Source: an uncultured Muribaculaceae bacterium
GTDB taxonomy: Bacteria > Bacillota_I > Bacilli_A > RF39 > UBA660
NCBI GenBank assembly: GCA_964553435.1
Contig: CAZKKM010000003.1
Location: 1 to 35,065, forward strand
Direction: 5' to 3'
DNA length: 35,065 bases
In this document: positions 8,565 to 15,945 of the stretch, piece by piece
Position numbering within the stretch: the stretch's first letter is position 1
Layout of the letters: every line of letters begins with the position of its first letter
Notes under the pieces: generated by a model
What the model saw: the letters and a program-made list of their open reading frames with translations, nothing else
Database searches by the model: none
Told to the model about the DNA's origin: nothing
Translations under genes and position numbers: made by a program

Positions 8565-9147
8565 CAAAAGAGAATGGGGTTACCGCCTTTTAAAGCCGAT
8601 CCTCGCTCCAATTTTTTACCTTTATTATCGCCCGAAGTTGATAAATAAAAATGTGATACCTAAAAGAGGACCGATTATCTTTGCTGGAAATCACAAACAC
8701 ATCCTGGATCAATGTCTCGTCATCATCTCTACTAATAGAGTCGTCCATTACATGGCCAAAAAAGAATACTTCGAAGGTCCCTTTGCGTGGTTTTTCAAAC
8801 TGACAGGTACTATTCGTGTCGACCGCGAAATCCACGATGAAGAAGCCAAAGAGCAGGCTTTGGACGTTTTAAAATCCGACCGCGCCTTGGGCATATTCCC
8901 AGAAGGAACCCGCAACAAGACGGACGAATTGTTGTTACCTTTTAAAAGAGGCTGTGTTTCTTTCGCTCAAAAGACTAATGCGACCATCGTTCCATTTGCC
9001 ATAAAAGGCGAATACAAATTTCATAAGTCGAATCTCAGAATAGTTTTCGGAGAACCTTTCACCGTAGCACAAGATGCAAACCTGCAAGAAGCCAACGAAC
9101 ACTTGCGAAACACGATTGCCGATTTATTGACAGATGAAAAACTGTGA
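8545..9147 (+). CDS. second PlsC-family acyltransferase
   Basis: AGNHKHILD (HX4D), IRVDRE, FPEGTRN. GAGGAG RBS. It overlaps the ligase gene by 20 nt. Confidence 0.8.
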   Translation: MKKEKSSKREWGYRLLKPILAPIFYLYYRPKLINKNVIPKRGPIIFAGNHKHILDQCLVIISTNRVVHYMAKKEYFEGPFAWFFKLTGTIRVDREIHDEEAKEQALDVLKSDRALGIFPEGTRNKTDELLLPFKRGCVSFAQKTNATIVPFAIKGEYKFHKSNLRIVFGEPFTVAQDANLQEANEHLRNTIADLLTDEKL

Positions 9148-9238
9148 GAGATTTCGAGTAAAAATAACCTCAAGATAATAACAGGGGTTTATTTTTAAGG
9201 CTTTATAAATCGAACAGATTGTGGTATCATATCACTAG

Positions 9239-10528
9239 GTGATGATGATGAAAAAGAGAACATTGTTCTTAAGCATAGTCTTGACTATCGCGACATTTAT
9301 TATAGGTACCAGCCCAGTCTCAGCTTTGATCGACAGCTGGGTAGGTGGCACGATAATCGTAAAATGGGTAGATTACGGCGACCCTAGAGGTGAAAGACCT
9401 GATTCTATCGATTTGGTCGTCGGAGATAGACTCTATACGAATCAACATCAGACGATTACTCTAAATGTCCAAGATGCCCAAGTCACGAACAATTCGAAGG
9501 ACAAAGAATTCGATTCTCCTGTGACCGAATGGAAATTTAGCAAAGGAAACTACGATACGTTTTTTAAGCATTACGGTGATAAAGCGGGTTGTTTGTATGA
9601 ATACAGTTATATAGAGAATTTGAGTGATTTGGGCTATGCTGAACTCGATAGTCATATAACTGGCAATTTGCATCCGGCAAAATTTTCGATGTCGGGAACC
9701 CTTTTGGAAGATGCTGGAACCCTCGTCATAACACTGATTAAAGATACTCTGACGACCAAAAACTTGACTGTCAAATATATCGACGGAGATCTTCGCGACG
9801 GTAACGACGTAAGAAAATTGGAGTTCGCGATAAGAGGAGAGAATGTCGCGGACCCGATCGCACAAAATGCATACTATAAATTTAATATCGAACCCGAAGA
9901 TACTATAAAGATAGATGGCATAAGAGATACGTATACGAAGAGTATAATAATATCGGCTTCAGATGCTTATCAAACGGGAAATCCGATGATCGATTACGTT
10001 TTCGACGAAGACACTCACAATATCGATGGACGAACGATAAACTATGAAATCGACGGAAACGATATACTGGTGACAGTCGATTATCGAGCTAAGACGAAAA
10101 ATGTTTCGATAGAAATAGAATGGCAAGATGGTGAAGATAAATTGGGATTGAGACCATCCTCTTTGATCTTGAAGGCATACGATCAAAAAGGCAACCTCGA
10201 GAATACTGTGTCTTTATCCAAAGATCACAATTGGATTACAAAAGAAACTTTATATGAAAATATGAAACATTCTGACGGCACGGCCATCGAATACGATATG
10301 AAAATAGAGGACGAAGGCGAATACGAGTATAGAACTATTAAAGATGGGGACAACTACAAAATAATAGCCAAACTAAAAGGACACGAAGACGAAGGTGAAA
10401 AAATTATAGATGATCCTAAAAAAGAAAACAATCCTAAGACTGGTATTTTTATGGGACAGTACATTTTGATGTTCGTCATAAGCCTAGTCGGTTTGATTGG
10501 TCTTTTTACAAGCATCAAAAAAGACTGA
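9239..10528 (+). CDS. cell-wall-anchored surface protein with CnaB-type repeats and an NPKTG sorting signal
   Basis: The start is ambiguous among GTG 9239 and ATGs at 9242, 9245 and 9248. The signal peptide is KKRTLFLSIVLTIATFIIGTSPVSA. CnaB-like signatures are 'IVKWVDYGDPRGERPDSIDLVV' and 'IEIEWQDGEDKLGLRPSSLILKAY'. At the C-terminus, NPKTG (10430-10444) is followed by a hydrophobic stretch and KKD, forming a sortase sorting signal. Confidence 0.8.
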   Translation: MMMMKKRTLFLSIVLTIATFIIGTSPVSALIDSWVGGTIIVKWVDYGDPRGERPDSIDLVVGDRLYTNQHQTITLNVQDAQVTNNSKDKEFDSPVTEWKFSKGNYDTFFKHYGDKAGCLYEYSYIENLSDLGYAELDSHITGNLHPAKFSMSGTLLEDAGTLVITLIKDTLTTKNLTVKYIDGDLRDGNDVRKLEFAIRGENVADPIAQNAYYKFNIEPEDTIKIDGIRDTYTKSIIISASDAYQTGNPMIDYVFDEDTHNIDGRTINYEIDGNDILVTVDYRAKTKNVSIEIEWQDGEDKLGLRPSSLILKAYDQKGNLENTVSLSKDHNWITKETLYENMKHSDGTAIEYDMKIEDEGEYEYRTIKDGDNYKIIAKLKGHEDEGEKIIDDPKKENNPKTGIFMGQYILMFVISLVGLIGLFTSIKKD

Positions 10529-10542
10529 CAGATGAAAAAATG

Positions 10543-10564
10543 AAAGAGAGCGATCTCTTTTTTC
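10543..10564 (+). terminator. weak rho-independent terminator
   Basis: The stem pairs aaagaga (10543-10549) with tctcttt (10554-10560), the loop is gcga, and TTTT follows. The stem is A/T-rich, so the terminator is weak. Confidence 0.4.
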
Positions 10565-10607
10565 TTTGGCTTCAAGCCAAATATTTCTTTATTATCTCGA
10601 CCGATTA

Positions 10608-10616
10608 TGTTATAAT
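10608..10616 (+). promoter_or_regulatory. extended -10 promoter element for the MPF operon
   Basis: TGtTATAAT at 10608-10616 with no good -35 box. It lies inside the track's upstream extension (10566), which favours the ATG at 10635. Confidence 0.4.
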
Positions 10617-10634
10617 TTTGTTAATGGTGAAATT

Positions 10635-11141
10635 ATGAAAAAAATTGTATTATGTTTTTTGTTGCTTTTGACGAGTGTATTTGTGAATACGACCGCTGTC
10701 GAAGCAAAAATTATGCCTTTTTATGATGATGTAATCGAGAAGTTCGATGACGTGGAAATTCCATCTACGGACTATCATCGTCCCGACAACTTCAATAGAA
10801 ACTGTGCCGATTTCGCGAGCACGATCAAGATGGCCGGTGTCTGCTTGTTCTTTGCCAAAATCATCTTGCCGCTCATCATCATCGCGACGGCTTCCATCAA
10901 CATGATGAAGGTCGTGAGCTCTGGTAAACAAGACGAAATAATGAAACAGGCCAAAAAGGCAGGAGTATCCCTCATTGGAGCAATCCTCGTCTTTTTCTTG
11001 CCGACCATCATCTATACCATCTACAGCTTCATCGATAATTTCGAAGAAAACAGGACGAACGATTCAAAAATATGCTATGCCTGTGTCTTCAAGCCTTACG
11101 GCAATTTGTGCACACAATATGCCACATATTACAAAGAGTAG
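10635..11141 (+). CDS. VirB2/TrbC-like (pilin-like) protein with a signal peptide, paralog 4
   Basis: ATG at 10635 follows GGTGA. The signal peptide is MKKIVLCFLLLLTSVFVNTTAVEA. The two-helix module (FFAKIILPLIIIATASINMMKVVSSGKQDEIMKQAKK...AILVFFLPTIIYTIYSFI) is followed by CYAC-x8-C. It sits immediately upstream of the VirB6-, VirB3- and VirB4-like genes. Confidence 0.7.
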   Translation: MKKIVLCFLLLLTSVFVNTTAVEAKIMPFYDDVIEKFDDVEIPSTDYHRPDNFNRNCADFASTIKMAGVCLFFAKIILPLIIIATASINMMKVVSSGKQDEIMKQAKKAGVSLIGAILVFFLPTIIYTIYSFIDNFEENRTNDSKICYACVFKPYGNLCTQYATYYKE

Positions 11142-11153
11142 GAGGAAAACGAT

Positions 11154-13271
11154 ATGCTGAATCAATTGATGTTAGTAGGTGGGAATTGGTTTTTGGATAT
11201 CTTCAAAATGTTGACACATATGCTGGATCAGGGAATATATTTTCTCGCCCAATGTGCCTACCAGGTATTCTATTTCATCGCCAACGCGACCATTTTGAAC
11301 GATACCATAGTACGAAATTTCACTCTTAGAATATACACTCTCATCGGTATAGTCATGGTCTTTGTCTTGGCTTTCAACCTCTTGAGTTACATCGTCGACC
11401 CCGATAAGATTACCGATAAAAAAGTTGGAGCATCCTCCTTCGTCAAGGATGTCATTTTGGCTATAGCCATCATTTCTCTTTCTCCGATGCTGTTCACCAA
11501 ATTATATTCGCTTCAATCGGCTATCCTGACTTCGGGTGTCATCGAAAATCTCATCTTGGGAGGTACGACGGATGAAAACTTTAAAACCGAAGATGAATGG
11601 AAAAACAATCAAGGAAGTAGTAAAACTTATGCCGAATACATGATTGCCAATGGTGGCAACAACATGGTGGCCTCGGTGTATGTCGCCTTCCTGTATCCGG
11701 CCGATGGGTCGTTTACCGCATTGGATTGTGGCAATTCCAATCACGAAAAAGCCGCGACCTACGCAGATTATTGTGAAGCCTATCAAAAGGTCAAAGAAGG
11801 CGAATCGCTGAGCGCATTCGACGATTTCATAACGAACGAAGAATACAATTTCACTCCATTCTTGACGACCGTCGCCGGTATCGTTCTATTGTTCTTCATG
11901 TTATCGTTTTGTATCAATCTGGCCAAGCGAGTCGGGAAGATGGCTATCGTTCAACTCATCGCTCCAGTTCCAGTCACCCTGGAACTGTTGCCCAATAAGA
12001 AGGGCCTGCGTGACAATTGGTTGAAGACCCTTGCCAAAGTCTATTTAGAAGTCTTCTTCTACATGGCTGTCATGTTCTTGGTCATACTTCTCATATCTTT
12101 GGTTCCGGGAACCATTCAAACACTGCTCGGTAACTCCGGCGCCAATACCTCGACTGCCGGAACGGCAATATTCACCACCCTGACATCCGGCCCGGTCAAA
12201 CTTTTTGCAACAGTCATACTCATCTATGGACTCTTGATGTTCGGTAAAGAAGCACCTCAGATGCTCTTCGATTTGCTCGGTATCAAGAGTACCGGTATCA
12301 TCAAAGAAGCTGCAAACAGAGCTCTCGTCATGGCTGGCTCTACCAAAAATGCTTTGGAAGCAGGTGGAGGAAACTTCATACGAGGTATAACCGAAAACAA
12401 GGGAGTAGGAAGAGTAGGAGGTGCTCTATTCGGAGCAGGTTCGGCCATTACTCGAAACTTATGGGCTGGAAGAAATGCCAAAAGTTGGGCCGACACCGAG
12501 AAGAACAGAAAACAAATCAACGAAGGTATCACACGTCGCCGTATCAACAGACAGGCATACAACTTCGAACATGGTGGCTGGGCTGGTGGAGTAGCAGGTC
12601 ACATGAGCGACGGCTTGGGTTCTATGAACAAGAGTTTCAAATCGGCAACTTCTATTGCTTTGGGCTATCAAAAGAAAAAGGAACAGGAAACCGTATTTGG
12701 AGACTTGAAGAAAAAAGCAAATGCCGGCATAATGGATATCATCAAGAACGATTCTACATATCAACTTCTGAGAGAAGAATATTTGCGTACAGGAAGTACA
12801 ACAGCCAAAAACAATATGGAAGCCCGTGTTAAAGAATTGATGAAGAATAACACGAGTAAGTTGAAAGTCGGTTTTGGAGAAATAAACGGCTTCGTCGGTT
12901 CTCACCAAAATGTCGTGGGAATGTCCAAAACTCAATTGGATCCTAATAAATTCATCGATGCTTCTACCGGTAAATTTGATGCAACGAAAATGTTCAAGTT
13001 AGATAGCTCTGGAAATATCGAATTCGATAGCGAAGGTAATGTAAGCTTCAATACTGATATAAACGATGTCGTCAAAGGTGTCGATGTGAAAGAAACTTAT
13101 GTCGACTTGACTGGAACAAGAGTTACTAAGACCGATAAAGTTCCTACTCATCGTGCCAACGATTTGGAATATCAAAATCAAAAAGCACGTGAAACCATCA
13201 ATGAACGCGTTCGCGAAGAAGCAAGGAAATCGGCTCAAGATAAACAGGCAGAAAACAAGCCTAAAAATTAA
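11154..13271 (+). CDS. VirB6/TrbL-like polytopic conjugal-transfer membrane protein with a long hydrophilic C-terminal domain
   Basis: Strong RBS (GGAGGAAAA). It has at least six hydrophobic segments in the first ~400 aa and then a ~300-aa polar, Gly/Lys-rich tail. The position between the pilin-like and VirB3/VirB4 genes matches PrgH/Orf15/ConG-type proteins. The assignment rests on topology and synteny only. Confidence 0.6.
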   Translation: MLNQLMLVGGNWFLDIFKMLTHMLDQGIYFLAQCAYQVFYFIANATILNDTIVRNFTLRIYTLIGIVMVFVLAFNLLSYIVDPDKITDKKVGASSFVKDVILAIAIISLSPMLFTKLYSLQSAILTSGVIENLILGGTTDENFKTEDEWKNNQGSSKTYAEYMIANGGNNMVASVYVAFLYPADGSFTALDCGNSNHEKAATYADYCEAYQKVKEGESLSAFDDFITNEEYNFTPFLTTVAGIVLLFFMLSFCINLAKRVGKMAIVQLIAPVPVTLELLPNKKGLRDNWLKTLAKVYLEVFFYMAVMFLVILLISLVPGTIQTLLGNSGANTSTAGTAIFTTLTSGPVKLFATVILIYGLLMFGKEAPQMLFDLLGIKSTGIIKEAANRALVMAGSTKNALEAGGGNFIRGITENKGVGRVGGALFGAGSAITRNLWAGRNAKSWADTEKNRKQINEGITRRRINRQAYNFEHGGWAGGVAGHMSDGLGSMNKSFKSATSIALGYQKKKEQETVFGDLKKKANAGIMDIIKNDSTYQLLREEYLRTGSTTAKNNMEARVKELMKNNTSKLKVGFGEINGFVGSHQNVVGMSKTQLDPNKFIDASTGKFDATKMFKLDSSGNIEFDSEGNVSFNTDINDVVKGVDVKETYVDLTGTRVTKTDKVPTHRANDLEYQNQKARETINERVREEARKSAQDKQAENKPKN

Positions 13272-13288
13272 GAAAAGAGGAATAAAGG

Positions 13289-13612
13289 ATGAATGGCAAT
13301 TATTTGATTCCGGCAAACTCGAAAAAGTCGGAAATGATACTGGGATTATTTACACCGGTCGATTTGATACTGTTCTCGAGTGGTGTGGGACTGACAGTCG
13401 TGTTGGTTCTCGCCCTCGCGGCCCGTACCAGTTCGGTCACGGCGATGATATTGATGTTGCTGCCCGCACTCATATCGGCATTTTTGGTCTTCCCTGTACC
13501 GAATTACCACAACGTGCTACAGCTCATAATCAATATATACTCGTTCTTCTTCGTAAGACAAAGAACGTACAAATGGAGAGGTTGGTGTTTTAAAGATGGC
13601 AGTGACAAATAA
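13289..13612 (+). CDS. PrgI/VirB3-like small membrane protein
   Basis: 107 aa with two TM segments (ILGLFTPVDLILFSSGVGLTVVLVLAL and MILMLLPALISAFLVFPV). It lies directly upstream of VirB4 and overlaps it by 17 nt, the canonical VirB3/PrgI/TcpE position. Confidence 0.55.
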   Translation: MNGNYLIPANSKKSEMILGLFTPVDLILFSSGVGLTVVLVLALAARTSSVTAMILMLLPALISAFLVFPVPNYHNVLQLIINIYSFFFVRQRTYKWRGWCFKDGSDK

Positions 13613-14144
13613 ATCGACTGAAGATTGGCTTCCGATCAAAGCCATAAATAATGGAATGATTTTATTGGACAACGGTTATTTGGTGACCGGAGTCAAAATA
13701 GAACCGAAAAACATCTTCATCTTGGATCAGGATGTTCAAAACAGTGTCATCTTCTCGCTGCGCAACTTCTACAACACGATCGACTACGAATTCTGGCTCA
13801 TCTCAGCCGGCCGTCCGGTCGACATAAACGTTTACTTGGCGAACTTACAAGTACAATACAACAATACGAATAACCAGCACATCAGAAAGCTTCTGATGCA
13901 AGACATATCCAAAGCCAACATGTTCATGAGCACACAGTTGAACGCAGTCGACACCGAATATTTCATACTGTTCAAAGAAAAAAAACCTGAAATCATTCAA
14001 AAAAGACTACAGACCCTGATAGGTGGGTTGGCAAATTGCACGTTGAACAGCAAACAAGTATCGAATGATGACTTGCGCATGCTATTAGATAACTTCTTCA
14101 ACGGTGCTGAAAGTTCGAGATTTGGGGCGGTGACGAGCGCATGA
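13596..14144 (+). CDS. VirB4-family ATPase, N-terminal fragment (separate ORF)
   Basis: 'EDWLPIKAINNGMILLDNGYLVTGVKIEPKNIFILDQDVQNSVI..F' matches the N-terminus of monoderm VirB4 proteins (PrgJ/TcpF/Orf16 type). It ends at TGA 14142-14144, inside an ATGA overlap with the next ORF. Confidence 0.7.
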   Translation: MAVTNKSTEDWLPIKAINNGMILLDNGYLVTGVKIEPKNIFILDQDVQNSVIFSLRNFYNTIDYEFWLISAGRPVDINVYLANLQVQYNNTNNQHIRKLLMQDISKANMFMSTQLNAVDTEYFILFKEKKPEIIQKRLQTLIGGLANCTLNSKQVSNDDLRMLLDNFFNGAESSRFGAVTSA

Positions 14145-15925
14145 GTTTAAAAAGTGAAATAGCCCCTAAGGGCATAGAATGGAAACCAACTTCTTTCCGT
14201 CTCGGGGACAAATATTGTACGATTTTGACGGTCATAAGTTATCCTAAGTTCATCGATCATGGCTATTTGGCCAACATCACGAACATTCCAGGAGTCAAAG
14301 TCGTCATCAAGCATTTGCCGATAGATTTTGCCTTGATGAGAAAGATGATAGATAAGGAGATAGCGGATTTAAAAGAGCGCTTCCAAAAGGAAAATGACCA
14401 CACCTTACAAGAGAGAATTCGTCAGGACTACGAATCGCTCGAAGGCTTCATTCAACAGCTTGCCGCTTCCAGTGCCAAGATTTTCGACTTTCAAATGCAC
14501 ATTCTCTTGAGTGGAGACACCGAAGAAGAACTCGAAAATCGCAAACTCGAGATGAAAACATACATGACAGGAATGGATATGAGGGGGATACCTCTCATGT
14601 TCGAGCAGGAAAAAGTTCTAAAATCTATGATTCCGATTTTCCCTAAACAGGACATCGAAGACAGAATAGGAACTCCGATTCCATCGAACACCATCGCGGC
14701 TATGTATCCGTTCGTCTTCGATTCGATCAAAGATCCGGGACTCAGTACACTTCTCGGAGTGGATTTCTCGGGCGGAGTCGTACTTTTCAACCAGTTCCTC
14801 TATCAAATCAAAAAGGAACACAACCGCAATAACGCGAACATGCTCATATTGGGTGCTTCTGGTTCAGGTAAATCGACCGCAGCAAAACTTCTTTTGAGAA
14901 ATCATTTCCGCAACGAATACAAGATAGTTGCCATCGACCCAGAAGGCGAGCTAGAAGAAATGTGTAAGAACTTTAATGGCGACTTCATCAACCTTGGAAA
15001 AGGTGGACAACTCGGAATGATCAATCCTTTGGAAGTGATCGTCGACGAAGACGAAGAGGACCTCGACAAAGGACTAAGCTATGCCGTTTTGACACGCACA
15101 TTGTCTACACTCAAAGCTTTCATGACCTATCTGTACCCCGATATAGAAGACGACGTTCTAACATTGTTCTCGGACGTCGCCCAAGATACATACAAAAGAT
15201 TTAATATCGATTTCAATACGGATTTTAGAAAATTCAAAAGTACAGATTATCCTACATTCGACGATATCTATGCTACGATCAGAGGTAAAATACTATCCAT
15301 GCCGGAGCATACTCGCGAACGCGATGTCATGGAAAGACTCGAACTGAAGATACGACCTATCACCAAAGAACTTCGTTACTACTTTAACGGTCATACGACG
15401 ATCGAACCGGAAAGCAACTTCGTCGTCTTCAATATAAGAGAACTGATGAATTCCGATTCTGCTATCAGAAATGCATTGTTCTTCAATATTTTGAAGTATT
15501 CATGGAGTCTATGCCTCGACAAAGATATAAACACCGTTTTGTACGTCGACGAAGCTCACGTCTTACTCGGAAGTCAGAATGAACTAGGTGCAGAATTCCT
15601 TGCTCAAATTCAAAGACGTAGCCGCAAATACAACACGGGAACGATCATCATAACCCAACAGCCGACAGATTTTGCGGCAGATAAGATCATCATGCACGGC
15701 AAGGCGATATTCGACAATGCCAGTTACTACTTGGCGATGGGACTCAAAAAACAAGCCGTCGAAGACTTATCAAAACTCGTCGATTTGAACGAAAATGAAA
15801 TGGAATCGATAAAACGGTTCAGCCAAGGACAAGGTCTGTTCGTCTGCGGTTCTCGTCGAATGCAGATAAACGTCGTCCTCACACAAGAAGAACTCGATTC
15901 GTTCGGAACGGGTGGAGGATTATAA
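14141..15925 (+). CDS. VirB4-family conjugal-transfer ATPase, main part
   Basis: Walker A is LILGASGSGKST and Walker B is VLYVDEAHVLL. 'RRSRKYNTGTIIITQQPTDF' is also present. The middle-domain start 'IAPKGIEWKPTSFRLGDKYCTILTVISYPKF' is typical of VirB4. Confidence 0.85.
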   Translation: MSLKSEIAPKGIEWKPTSFRLGDKYCTILTVISYPKFIDHGYLANITNIPGVKVVIKHLPIDFALMRKMIDKEIADLKERFQKENDHTLQERIRQDYESLEGFIQQLAASSAKIFDFQMHILLSGDTEEELENRKLEMKTYMTGMDMRGIPLMFEQEKVLKSMIPIFPKQDIEDRIGTPIPSNTIAAMYPFVFDSIKDPGLSTLLGVDFSGGVVLFNQFLYQIKKEHNRNNANMLILGASGSGKSTAAKLLLRNHFRNEYKIVAIDPEGELEEMCKNFNGDFINLGKGGQLGMINPLEVIVDEDEEDLDKGLSYAVLTRTLSTLKAFMTYLYPDIEDDVLTLFSDVAQDTYKRFNIDFNTDFRKFKSTDYPTFDDIYATIRGKILSMPEHTRERDVMERLELKIRPITKELRYYFNGHTTIEPESNFVVFNIRELMNSDSAIRNALFFNILKYSWSLCLDKDINTVLYVDEAHVLLGSQNELGAEFLAQIQRRSRKYNTGTIIITQQPTDFAADKIIMHGKAIFDNASYYLAMGLKKQAVEDLSKLVDLNENEMESIKRFSQGQGLFVCGSRRMQINVVLTQEELDSFGTGGGL

Positions 15926-15945
15926 AAGGAGTGTGATTTAACGAA

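Noticed and set aside
10566-10580. Palindrome ttggcttcaagccaa after the adhesin terminator, considered as an oriT or nic-site hairpin
   Set aside because: The stem is only 5 bp, there is no relaxase gene nearby and no recognisable nic consensus. It cannot be distinguished from chance or from part of the terminator region.
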